IMG/VR virus record: IMGVR_UViG_3300025087_000044
Span: 1 to 64,000 of that record
Strand: one strand, 5' to 3'
Length of the DNA: 64,000 nt
Origin: a virus
Position 1 is the first letter of the stretch. Each line of letters starts with the position of its first letter. The notes under the pieces are model-generated. The model worked only from the letters and a program-made list of their open reading frames with translations. It was not told the origin of the DNA and ran no database searches. This document shows positions 38,028 to 47,311 of this stretch, one piece after another. Position numbers and translations under genes: made by a program.

Positions 38028-38486
38028 ATGCAAACAAAACAAGCAATTCAAGCAAGTGCGAATGTAGTGCGAATAACATCTATCTCTGCTGGCGATCTGT
38101 ATAAAAGATTTGACGAATCTTATGATGATAGGGTTTATTACGGAATTGTCAAAAAAGTCCATAATGACGGAGAAAAAACGGTAATTGAGGCAGTAGAATA
38201 CAGATATTCATGGAACTCCTTGGAAGTGGATTATAAAATTATTAGAGGAGAAAAAGACTTTACTATTTTCCCCGCCACACAAGAAGAATTTAATCTTGAA
38301 TTGGGTAAGGCAAAAAAGAAAAAAATTCAAGAAATAAAAGAATCAGAAGAAAAGATAGAAGAAAACAAAAAAGTCTTAGAAGAAATCAGCAAAATGGAAT
38401 CGGGAGAACTAATGGCAGGCCTAAAAAGCGTTAGCTATGCAGAATTAACGCAAGAACAATATAACGAAAGAATGCTTTTGAAATAA
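38028..38486 (+). CDS. Hypothetical protein
   Basis: Clean ORF, coiled-coil C-terminus. Confidence 0.7.
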   Translation: MQTKQAIQASANVVRITSISAGDLYKRFDESYDDRVYYGIVKKVHNDGEKTVIEAVEYRYSWNSLEVDYKIIRGEKDFTIFPATQEEFNLELGKAKKKKIQEIKESEEKIEENKKVLEEISKMESGELMAGLKSVSYAELTQEQYNERMLLK

Positions 38487-38505
38487 CTAAATAATATAAA
38501 AAAGT

Positions 38506-38859
38506 ATGAATGAAGAACTAACAGTCAATGGAATTGAGTATGTTCCCAAGAGTTCAGTTGCGGAGAAGTTTGAAGGTTTGAAATATGTAATAGCAAGAAC
38601 TTATTCGGCAGGCGTTTTTGCTGGATATTTAAAGAGTAGGAACGGCCTAGAAGGAGTTTTACTGAAGGCTCGCAGATTGTGGTATTGGGCTGGAGCGGCC
38701 AGTCTGTCTCAATTGGCAATGGAAGGAACTTCGAAACCGACAGAATGTAAATTTCCGTGCGAAGTGGACGCAATCGAATTGACGCAGATTATTGAAATTT
38801 TGGATGTAACAAAAAAAGCTCAAGACTCAATTAACGCCGTAAAAATATGGAAAGAATAA
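38506..38859 (+). CDS. DUF6948-like conserved phage protein
   Basis: YVIARTYSAGVFAG...ARRLWYWAGAASLSQLAMEG. Confidence 0.75.
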   Translation: MNEELTVNGIEYVPKSSVAEKFEGLKYVIARTYSAGVFAGYLKSRNGLEGVLLKARRLWYWAGAASLSQLAMEGTSKPTECKFPCEVDAIELTQIIEILDVTKKAQDSINAVKIWKE

Positions 38860-39134
38860 ATGACGGTTCCGGTTCCGGTTCCGGTGACGGTTACGGTTAC
38901 GGTGACGGTGACGGTGACGGTTCCGGTTACGGTTACGGTGCCGGAACCGGTTCCGGTTCCGGTTACGGTGACGGTTACGGTGACGGTTCCGGTGACGGTT
39001 ACGGTTACGGGGACGATGACGGTTACGGTGACGGTTACGGTGACGGTTCCGGTTACGGTTACGGTGACGGTGACGGTGACGGTTCCGGTGACGGTGACGG
39101 TTCCGGTGACGGTTACGATTCCGGTAACGGTTAA
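38847..39134 (+). CDS. Gly-rich (G-[DYS])n repeat protein encoded by a hexamer array
   Basis: GGTTAC/GGTGAC/GGTTCC units; overlaps DUF6948 stop. Confidence 0.65.
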   Translation: MERINDGSGSGSGDGYGYGDGDGDGSGYGYGAGTGSGSGYGDGYGDGSGDGYGYGDDDGYGDGYGDGSGYGYGDGDGDGSGDGDGSGDGYDSGNG

Positions 39135-40032
39135 AATCCAGACCTGTTGGCGGAGCAGGCCAAAACCGCCTGATTAAATTTATGAAACTTAAAACACATA
39201 TCCCCTCACTGGTTTGTGCCGCGTTCTCGGCAGTAACCACTGGCAGCATGCTTGCGTATAACGTACCGCTTTGGTTAATAATCCCGATCGCTCTAGTGGG
39301 TTCTTTGTCTGTTGGTGTCGTAATGCTCATTATACTTGACTAGCCCACCTTCATGCCGCAAACTTGGAGGCCGGGGGAGAGGAAATTAACTCGATTCCTC
39401 AACAGCCTGCAAAATAACTTTACTCTACAGAACTGGCTCCTACCAACAAACAACAATGTCCAAACAATTCCTTGCACCACCACATTGAATAAAAAAATAT
39501 GATTAAATTGAAAATTGAATTTTTTGATAGAGTTTCACAAAGTGGAGAAACTGGATTTAGAAGCGCGGAAATTCAAATTCCAGATGAGGCAATGTTACTT
39601 TCTAACAAGCCAACCTTTAATGGAGAAATTTCAAACGAACGCCATCAATTTGTTATGGATGAACTCGAAAGAATAGTTAATGAAACAGAGGGTGTCAATT
39701 ATGGAGAAATTAGTGAGATTGAAAGCGATATCCCAATTAGACAAAGATTTGTAATTATAACATGTCGAAAAATTCAATAATAAAAAATCCTATGACACTT
39801 TCAGAATTAAAAAAACACTTGGAGGTGATACGTCTAAGAAATGGCGTTGATTCAGACAGAGACCATCAGGAAGTTGATGATATGCTTATCGGTTATATAA
39901 ACGATGGCGAGGTAACTGAGTTGTTTGATTCAATTGAAAAGTGGTATTCCTGACCTAATAATAATTGGAAAATAAATTAAAATAAAATCTTATGAGTAAA
40001 TTCAAAGCGGGAATGATTATCGAGAACGCTGA

Positions 40033-40062
40033 CGAGGGTTCGACTCCCTCAGTTGACTTGCA
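40033..40062 (+). repeat. Exact 30-bp inverted copy of the 3' half of the tRNA-like gene (17432..17461)
   Basis: CGAGGGTTCGACTCCCTCAGTTGACTTGCA. Confidence 0.9.
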
Positions 40063-40084
40063 CTAAATTTAATAGGAGAATAGT

Positions 40085-40243
40085 ATGACCGAAGAGCAAG
40101 AGTTTTTAGACAAAGAAATCCAAGTCTGCAATGACGAGATGGATAAGGCCATCAAGACCAGTTCCGCGGCGCAAGACGTATTGAAGTTCTACGCCCGGCG
40201 CAAAGAGTTTTTAACTAAGATACTAAATTTAATAGGAGAATAA
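40085..40243 (+). CDS. 52-aa protein flanked by duplicated ACTAAATTTAATAGGAGAATA
   Basis: MTEEQEFLDKEIQVCNDE...; AGGAG upstream. Confidence 0.55.
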   Translation: MTEEQEFLDKEIQVCNDEMDKAIKTSSAAQDVLKFYARRKEFLTKILNLIGE

Positions 40244-40244
40244 T

Positions 40245-40619
40245 ATGTCAAAATTCAAAGCGGGAATGATAATCAAGAACGCTGCAGGTAAGCGCAAGAT
40301 ACTCGGCCAGTGCGGTGAAGTGTTCTTTATTAGCGAGGAAGATGATTTTGAAACAGCAGTATCCGAGATATACACAGAAGAAGAATTGCTGAAAGTTAAT
40401 TTTAAACCCGTCGAAGAGCCGTGGAAACCTGAGAAGAACAGAGAATATATTTTTCTTGACCTCGCTGGAGAACACGCTTCTACGATTTGGATAAATGGCA
40501 AAAGCGACAATTATCTCCTCTCCATCGGCAACGTCTTTCCACCCGAGAACAACGAAGAACTCATTGCCGAGTACAAGCGCAAGTTGCAGGAGATGTTTAA
40601 GCCAGAGTCTTACAAGTAA
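40245..40619 (+). CDS. Hypothetical protein
   Basis: Its first 13 codons are duplicated at 39992-40031. Confidence 0.7.
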   Translation: MSKFKAGMIIKNAAGKRKILGQCGEVFFISEEDDFETAVSEIYTEEELLKVNFKPVEEPWKPEKNREYIFLDLAGEHASTIWINGKSDNYLLSIGNVFPPENNEELIAEYKRKLQEMFKPESYK

Positions 40620-40627
40620 AAAATAAT

Positions 40628-40816
40628 ATGGAAAAAACATTTTGCGATATTTGCGGGGTGGAGATGAAGAAGCTAAACTATTACATTTACCGGCTAATGC
40701 ACGAAAAACCGGGACTTGATATGTGCGATTTTGCCGTGTCAAGCCATCTGGATGTCTGCCAAGATTGCTGTGAAAAATTCATTACAAAAGAAAACCGCGT
40801 TAATCAAGGGAAATAA
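40628..40816 (+). CDS. Small zinc-binding protein
   Basis: FCDICG...LDVCQDC; ends KFITKENRVNQGK. Confidence 0.65.
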   Translation: MEKTFCDICGVEMKKLNYYIYRLMHEKPGLDMCDFAVSSHLDVCQDCCEKFITKENRVNQGK

Positions 40817-40821
40817 AAAAT

Positions 40822-41004
40822 ATGAAAAAAGGCCAACAATTGGCGTGTATATTGCGAGAACTTGCAGAAAACATTGCCATAATCAGAGACAAGGGGACTG
40901 ATTGGAGCGAATGTATGTTTGATGATATCGAAGAAGTTTGTCGTGAGTTTGACAAAAGCGATAAATTCACAACCAAAGAGAATCGAGTTAATCAAGGGAA
41001 ATGA
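40822..41004 (+). CDS. Hypothetical protein
   Basis: Ends KFTTKENRVNQGK, shared with upstream gene. Confidence 0.6.
   Translation: MKKGQQLACILRELAENIAIIRDKGTDWSECMFDDIEEVCREFDKSDKFTTKENRVNQGK
40859..40985 (+). repeat. Exact 127-bp direct repeat, copy 2; probable junction of segments A and B
   Basis: Identical to 1-127. Confidence 0.95.
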
Positions 41005-41231
41005 TTATGACAATATCAGATAAAGAATTGGGGGAAAAGCTTCTCAAGTGGATTAGGCGGTATCATCAATATTGCCATAAAGTTATGGTTGAGTTGCCCG
41101 ATGGAAACATTACAACGCAATACAAAGAAGGCGACCTTATGATATGCAAAGCTTGTAAAGATGAGATAGCTTTACTAGAAGAAGAAATAAACAAAAGAAA
41201 TAAAAAGATAATTAAAAATAGACTTGTATGA
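41001..41231 (+). CDS. Hypothetical protein, homolog of 143..379
   Basis: Near-identical translation. Confidence 0.75.
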   Translation: MIMTISDKELGEKLLKWIRRYHQYCHKVMVELPDGNITTQYKEGDLMICKACKDEIALLEEEINKRNKKIIKNRLV

Positions 41232-41396
41232 AAACTGTCAAGTGTAAAAACTGTTATGATAAAAGTTTCGCCAGCGTTTATTAAGCTGACAGTTATGCCA
41301 TGCCTGATTTTTACGGCGATAAAAAATACCGAGTCCAAAAAGTGGGAATAAGAATTAAATACTGCACTTGCCTAAAAGGCAAACGCATGAAAGCTT

Positions 41397-41750
41397 ATGA
41401 CAAACAAATTAAAAAAAGATAAATTCCTAAAAGCATGGCGATATCTTGAAAGTCTTAAATACTTTAATCCGCCCGAGATAGCTGGACTTTTCGGATTCGG
41501 CAATTTCGATATAATGGTCAGCAGTGAGACGACCCCAAAAGGAACCAATGTTTACGTTGAATTGAACACGGGCAGTTGGAACGAGAAGTATAGTTGCTTT
41601 TCTCACGATTACAGACTAGACGTTTCATGTCCTACATTCGAGGATGCCATAATCGAGCTTGCCAAGAAATGCAAAAAGTTAGGCCGCAAGCTTAATCATT
41701 CAGTAAGCGAGACGATAAAGTTCAAGAAAATAAAACATCTCCTAAAATGA
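41397..41750 (+). CDS. Hypothetical phage protein
   Basis: HDYRLDVSCPTFEDAIIELA. Confidence 0.65.
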   Translation: MTNKLKKDKFLKAWRYLESLKYFNPPEIAGLFGFGNFDIMVSSETTPKGTNVYVELNTGSWNEKYSCFSHDYRLDVSCPTFEDAIIELAKKCKKLGRKLNHSVSETIKFKKIKHLLK

Positions 41751-41922
41751 GTTACGAATATCAAATGGTTCTCCTCGACGTTAAAGTTGAGGCGATAAAC
41801 CAGAGGCGCGATAAGTTACTGAGAGGTGGAATCAGTTACGATAAATTGTGGTTGGATTTTAATCTTGAAAAGCTATATATCGAGGCAGAGCAAATCATAC
41901 TAAAATTAAAGCAAATTACCAC

Positions 41923-41988
41923 TTATCCACACAATTTCCAAAAATGACTTAAACAACCCCTTTACAAATCTATTCAATCTGCTACAAT
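41923..41988 (+). promoter_or_regulatory. DnaA box plus promoter
   Basis: TTATCCACA 41923-41931; TTTACA-N16-TACAAT with TGn extension. Confidence 0.65.
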
Positions 41989-42076
41989 TTAATTAGGCAA
42001 AAAATAAGCTAACCTTACAGAAAATAACTTTCTAGTGCCTAAACAATATAAGCGATGTCAAATCGTTTCGTGTGTT

Positions 42077-42160
42077 AATCTCATTTAAGATGTGTCTTGC
42101 CTTTAAAACGGCAGTACCAACACGGGTACATTTGACACACATCTTAGCTGAGATTTTTTG
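42077..42160 (+). ncRNA. Cloverleaf leader RNA, same architecture as 32076..32160
   Basis: AATCTCA..TAAGATGTGT/ACACATCTTA..TGAGATT enclosing TGCC/GGCA and GTACC/GGTAC hairpins, then U-tract. Confidence 0.65.
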
Positions 42161-42881
42161 TTATTTATATCCTGTTCGGAATAAAAGAGATATAACGGTC
42201 ACACGCTAACGCTACGACCCAAACTGTCCCTCCCGATTCCGAGCAGGATATAGGTAACTATAGTCTTCCCCCAGAGTTGCTAGCTACTCTATAAGCGGAC
42301 TTAAAAAGGCTTATGTCAAGCTAATCCTTGGGCGTGCAGGAACCGCTCTAAATAGCCTGCCTTTATACGAGTTTCACCACAAAAGTCCTTTTAAATCAAA
42401 TCGCTAATTTCTCTTATATAAATTGATATAAATATCTATTTAAAAAGAGTAATTATAAATAAAATTTTAACTCGGTAATGGTTGTATGGGGAGTGGGGGT
42501 AATATAGCTATATATAGCCATTCCATAAACAAACAATATATTGTCTAATATGTATGCAGTTACATTCCAAAGAAGAACGATTGATTTTAAAGAAAAAGGT
42601 GTATGTAACTGATGAGGTTTTTGAAACATTGTTAGTCGAAAAGAAAAGGCAAAAAATATCAATGGCAAAAATAGTTTGTAATTTGATAATAGAAAAATAT
42701 GTTAATAGAGAAAACAAAACTTGAAAGTAATGCAACAAGTATATTTAAAAAAAGAGTAAGAGTTAGTTTGAAAGATTATGCTTTTCTAGTAAAGACCAAA
42801 GGAAAGAAAAGTATAGCAGGGCGATTGGAAGAGATAGTTAAATTCCATATTGAGAAAATATATAAAGAAAAAAAATAAATT

Positions 42882-43271
42882 ATGCACTTATATGTTGACG
42901 GATATACTATAGGAGCTAATCCTAGCAAAGTAGGCGGAGGATATGTCGTAATGGACGAAAGAAAGAACGTCTTATGGGAAGGAAAGTGCTTAAAGCCTAA
43001 TTTTACGAACAATGAAGCAGAGTTGATAGCCATTATGAGAGCCACCGAGCTTGCTCATCAAAACGATACCATTTTTACGGACAGCCATTGCGCTTGGTGC
43101 TGGGTAATCGGAGGCCATTGCAAGGCCAGGAGAGATTTAAATAAATACGCAGCCCAGTCCCAATGCAATATGTATGACAAGAACCTTACAATAAAGCAGA
43201 TACCCAGAGAGATAAATTTAGCGGGTATTTACTTGGAAGATAAAAAATATGGAACGATTATTCCAAGATGA
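42882..43271 (+). CDS. RNase H-like protein
   Basis: LYVDG..NP..GGG, TNNEAELIAI, IFTDS, IPREIN. Confidence 0.85.
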   Translation: MHLYVDGYTIGANPSKVGGGYVVMDERKNVLWEGKCLKPNFTNNEAELIAIMRATELAHQNDTIFTDSHCAWCWVIGGHCKARRDLNKYAAQSQCNMYDKNLTIKQIPREINLAGIYLEDKKYGTIIPR

Positions 43272-43803
43272 CAAATTCAAAACCGCGGATATTGCAAAAA
43301 TGAACTTGAAGACATTGCAAATGTTCGAAGGATTCTGGACTGCCGTTTACGAGAGTGCAGGCAGGAACAATAATGAGAAAAAGTTTATTGAGGCTGAGTC
43401 TAATCTTATAAAAATAAGAGAAGCGATGATGGCTCTAAAATTAAAAGAAACAAAACCCTATGGACAGAGAGAAGTACATAACTCGATTTGATATCGTAAC
43501 CAAGCCTATGATGCTGGAGTTCATGTTCAAGCATAAGATATTCAATGCTCAGGACGTGATAGCTCTAGGCGTTGAGAATAGAACCGATAAGCGTAAGACC
43601 CCCGAAGGTCGAGCGAGAAAGATTGTTAAGTTCTTGGCCTATCTAATCGGGATGGGCTTTTTGAGAGCCAAGCCAGACAGCAATGTTTTAGAAGTTGATG
43701 AGTCATTCATTCCCAGAGACCAGCGAGAACCTGTTAAGATTGTAGAGCCTAAAAAGACAAAAAAAGTTAAAAAAAGACGAACGTAATAAATAGAGAAAAT
43801 CTT

Positions 43804-44154
43804 ATGAATAAAGAAAAACTGTATGTGCCAATCGCAATCTTGATTGTTGGTGTTGTTCTCGGTACGTCTATTGTGTCGGTTCAAGTATTAAAACAGAAGT
43901 CCATTGAAAGACAGCAGCAAAGAGAATTGTTGTCCAAGGAAGAGCTGGATAGTAGAAGAATAAAAGAGGACAGGCGGAATGCAGAGCTTTTGGATGATTG
44001 CCTTGCAGGTGCTGACAGTGCATATTGGAATTATGTTGAGAATAACATGGAAGAGAAAAAAGACGGAACGTATTTTGGTGAGAATTGGAGATGGGATGAG
44101 GCGCAAAGCCGCAAAGACGCAAAAGAGAAAAGTTGTTTTACGCAATATAAATAA
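43804..44154 (+). CDS. Membrane-anchored hypothetical protein
   Basis: N-terminal TM, coiled coil, two Cys. Confidence 0.65.
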   Translation: MNKEKLYVPIAILIVGVVLGTSIVSVQVLKQKSIERQQQRELLSKEELDSRRIKEDRRNAELLDDCLAGADSAYWNYVENNMEEKKDGTYFGENWRWDEAQSRKDAKEKSCFTQYK

Positions 44155-44155
44155 T

Positions 44156-44305
44156 ATGAATGTAATAAATAAAGAAAATTATAAAATTCCAGTCTTTAGT
44201 TGGTGTCCTGAGATTGAAGACAGTGCAATGGAGCAGATTGACCATTTGGCACAGCTTCCTTTTGCAGTTAAACACATCTCAATCATGCCGGATTGTCACG
44301 CATGA
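44156..44305 (+). pseudogene. Orphaned rtcB 5' fragment (49 aa)
   Basis: IPVFSW...AMEQIDHLAQLPFAVKHISIMPDCHA*. Confidence 0.9.
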
Positions 44306-44327
44306 GCATTGTGTGCGAATATAATGT

Positions 44328-44840
44328 ATGAAAAATTCCCTACAAGCATTAAAAAACAGAAAAGAGAAAAGAAAGTTTTTAAAGAAGACAATAGACCAAA
44401 GTTCGTTTTCTCACCACGTAGAAAGAGTTTGTAAGGATTGTGGAGAAATAAAAAAGTGCGATTGGATGAGTGAGTTTAATGCAAATGGAACACCTCAATA
44501 TAGAGCAAGATGTAAGGAATGCCATAATAAGTTGATTAGAAAAAGAAGGGTGAAGCGTTGGCCGTATATATTAAAAAAGAAAAGAGACAATCAAAGGATT
44601 GTGAAACAGAGATGCGTTGATTATCTTGGCGGAAAATGTTGTATGTGTGGATATGATAAAAGCATAAGAGCTTTAACCTTCCACCACAAAAACAGGAAAG
44701 ATAAAGAAAAGGCGATTTCAGTTATGATAGTTAATAATTCTTTTCGGAAAATAAAAAAAGAATTAAAGAAATGTGTTTTGGTGTGTTTTAACCGTCACAT
44801 GGAAATAGAAGAAGAGTATGTAAAGAATAACAGTAAATAG
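44328..44840 (+). CDS. HNH homing endonuclease
   Basis: CKDC..CKEC; YLGGKCCMCGY...ALTFHH...ELKKCVLVCFNRH. Confidence 0.85.
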   Translation: MKNSLQALKNRKEKRKFLKKTIDQSSFSHHVERVCKDCGEIKKCDWMSEFNANGTPQYRARCKECHNKLIRKRRVKRWPYILKKKRDNQRIVKQRCVDYLGGKCCMCGYDKSIRALTFHHKNRKDKEKAISVMIVNNSFRKIKKELKKCVLVCFNRHMEIEEEYVKNNSK

Positions 44841-44843
44841 CTT

Positions 44844-46973
44844 ATGTTTACCTATAAAAAAGATGGATTCAATGTTCCAGTCAAAAGTTGGATACCAGAA
44901 AAAGATTATTATTCTGACGTTGCTATGGTTGAACAGTGCGAGAATTTGGCAAGGTTGCCTTTTTCTTTCGGACACGTTGTCTTGTGTCCTGACGGACATG
45001 TTGGTTTCGGTTGCCCAATCGGTTCAGTCGTTGCAACTAAAGCTGTAATAATTCCCAATGTTTGTGGGGTAGATATTGGAGCTGTAGATAGGGATACTGA
45101 GATTTTAACTAAAAGTGGATGGATTACTATAGATAAATATAACAACATTGATGATGTCTTAATTTATGATAATTACAAGCAAACTTCCTTTTTTAGCAAG
45201 CCATTGTTGTATATTGTAAAACCTTGTGAAGATTTTACGGAATACAAAAGCAAATATGGATTAGACCAGGTTTTGAGTGACGAGCATAGAATGTTGGTTT
45301 ATGAAGGGTATGGAAAAGATAGAACAAACAATACTTATTTTTGTAAGGACTTTAGGGAAAAATTATCAAAATTAAAAAAACAAGATTATTATTCAGTAAG
45401 AACGACGTTCGCAACAAATGAAAAGGGAATAAAATTAACAGATGAGCAGATAGCTATTATGGTAATGGTTTCTGCTGATGGTCATATTAGAAAACAGTCT
45501 AGTGTATATACAAATGTAGAGATGCATTTTAAAAAGAGTAGAAAAATAAATCGTTGTAAGGTTTTGTTGAATAAAGCAAAAGTTAGTTTTAAAGAATATG
45601 ACCACAGTGATAAGACAAAGTCAATAATCTTTAAGTTAGATTGGGAGTGTAAGAAAGAATTAACTGCTTTATATCTATGTAATCAGCATCAGGCAAAAGT
45701 TGTTTTTGACGAGTATTTGTATTGGGATGGAACCATTGATAAAAAAAGAAATCATAAAATGTATTCCACAACAAAGAAAGTAAACGCCGATGTTGTTCAG
45801 TATATATGTGCCGTGAATGGAGTTAGGGCTGGCATACATCTTCAAAGTTATAAAAATGAAAATTGGAATGATTCATATAGCGTGTATCAAACGAGAAACG
45901 AATATGTTGGATTCAGTCGTCCCCAAAAAATAAAGATACCAAACGGTAACAAGTATTGTTTTGTTGTTGAAACTGGATATTTTGTTGCTAGAAGGAATAA
46001 CAAGATATTTGTTACTGGAAACTGTGGAATGATTGCGGTTAAAACATCTCTTACTGAATTGGACAGAGAAACATTAAAAAAGATTCTTGGTAATATAAGA
46101 CAAACGATTCCTGTAGGATTCGAACACCACAAAACAGACCAAGACATTACCCTCATGCCGAATTATGGGTTAGGAGCAGGTGGCGAAATAACAGGAAGAG
46201 AGTACATGTCAGCCCTAAGGCAGATTGGAACACTTGGTGGAGGTAATCATTTTATCGAAATCCAAAAAGGAGATGATGGGCATATCTGGATAATGATTCA
46301 TTCGGGTTCGAGAAACTTAGGAAAGCAAGTTGCTGATTATTATAACAAAGTCGCTATTGAGTTAAACGAAAAATATCACTCCTCAGTACCTAATGAATGG
46401 CAGTTAGCGTTTTTGCCTGTTGACAGTCAAGAAGGACAGAATTATATTTCCGAGATGAATTATTGCGTTGAGTTTGCGTTGGCTAATAGACAGTTAATGA
46501 TGAGCAGGATAATTGATATTTTCTGCAAGCATACAGAATTGGCTGCTAAGGGTTGGGAACCGCCAATCAATATAGCTCACAATTATGCCAAGCAAGAAAA
46601 TCATTACGGACAAAATTTATGGGTTCACAGAAAAGGAGCAACGTTAGCGCAAGACGGAACAATAGGAATAATCCCTGGCTCACAAGGTTCAAGTTCGTTC
46701 ATCGTTAAGGGCAAGGGAAGTAAAGAATCATTTAATTCATGTTCACATGGTGCAGGAAGGCTTATGAGCAGAACCAAAGCCATGGCCACTCTTAACCTTG
46801 AAGATGAGATAAAGAAACTTGACGACCAAGGTATTTTGCATGCAATCAGAGGCAAGAAAGACCTTGATGAGGCAAGCGGTTCTTATAAGAACGTAGAAGA
46901 AGTAATGAACAATCAATCTGATTTAGTGGATATTTTAGTAAAATTAAGCCCAATGGGTGTCGTGAAAGGATAG
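44844..46973 (+). CDS. rtcB: RtcB RNA ligase precursor containing an intein
   Basis: PDGH.G.G.PIG, GVDIG/CG, GTLGGGNHFIE, HSGSR, HNY, HRKGAT, IPGSQG, SCSHGAGR, DEA. Confidence 0.95.
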   Translation: MFTYKKDGFNVPVKSWIPEKDYYSDVAMVEQCENLARLPFSFGHVVLCPDGHVGFGCPIGSVVATKAVIIPNVCGVDIGAVDRDTEILTKSGWITIDKYNNIDDVLIYDNYKQTSFFSKPLLYIVKPCEDFTEYKSKYGLDQVLSDEHRMLVYEGYGKDRTNNTYFCKDFREKLSKLKKQDYYSVRTTFATNEKGIKLTDEQIAIMVMVSADGHIRKQSSVYTNVEMHFKKSRKINRCKVLLNKAKVSFKEYDHSDKTKSIIFKLDWECKKELTALYLCNQHQAKVVFDEYLYWDGTIDKKRNHKMYSTTKKVNADVVQYICAVNGVRAGIHLQSYKNENWNDSYSVYQTRNEYVGFSRPQKIKIPNGNKYCFVVETGYFVARRNNKIFVTGNCGMIAVKTSLTELDRETLKKILGNIRQTIPVGFEHHKTDQDITLMPNYGLGAGGEITGREYMSALRQIGTLGGGNHFIEIQKGDDGHIWIMIHSGSRNLGKQVADYYNKVAIELNEKYHSSVPNEWQLAFLPVDSQEGQNYISEMNYCVEFALANRQLMMSRIIDIFCKHTELAAKGWEPPINIAHNYAKQENHYGQNLWVHRKGATLAQDGTIGIIPGSQGSSSFIVKGKGSKESFNSCSHGAGRLMSRTKAMATLNLEDEIKKLDDQGILHAIRGKKDLDEASGSYKNVEEVMNNQSDLVDILVKLSPMGVVKG
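45081..46022 (+). mobile_element. 314-aa intein starting with Ala, with LAGLIDADG-type endonuclease region
   Basis: AVDRDTEILTKSGW...SDEHRM...VSADGH...YWDG...YCFVVETGYFVARRNNKIFVTGN/C. Confidence 0.9.
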
Positions 46974-47311
46974 ATTTATGAGTTTAGAAACATTACTGTA
47001 CGATAGTCTTAAAAAATCCAAACAGTTAAGCATGGATGAGCTTTATAGTCTTGGGAGGCCCCACAAGCAAAGTGCCGTTGAAAGAAAATTGCGAGCATTG
47101 GCTCAAAAAGGACTTCTAAAGGCTCTGATTGGTTCCCACAACTCAAATATCGCGTATAGGGTCACGGAACGCACACAGGCCAATTTTGAGGCTTCTAGGC
47201 CCATTCTAAAACAAGAACCATTCCCCCTAGGACAGGGCGGTAATACAACCAAAGTCGTAAATCCACCAGAGATTTATGACTGATTTATATATTTATAACT
47301 AATTTAAAATT

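Noticed and set aside
38860-39131. Possible CRISPR array or DGR variable region
   Set aside because: Contiguous hexamers with no unique spacers; no cas operon or reverse transcriptase in the window
38827-39330. Arg/Asn/His-rich minus ORF and Val/Thr-rich alternate-frame ORF
   Set aside because: By-products of the stop-free hexamer array
40033-40062. Integrated prophage boundary (attL/attR)
   Set aside because: The two copies are inverted, both flanks are phage genes, and no integrase or host genes are present
44300-44850. Group I intron in rtcB
   Set aside because: Only ~22 nt and 3 nt flank the HNH, too little for a ribozyme core, and the downstream gene restarts with its own N-terminus
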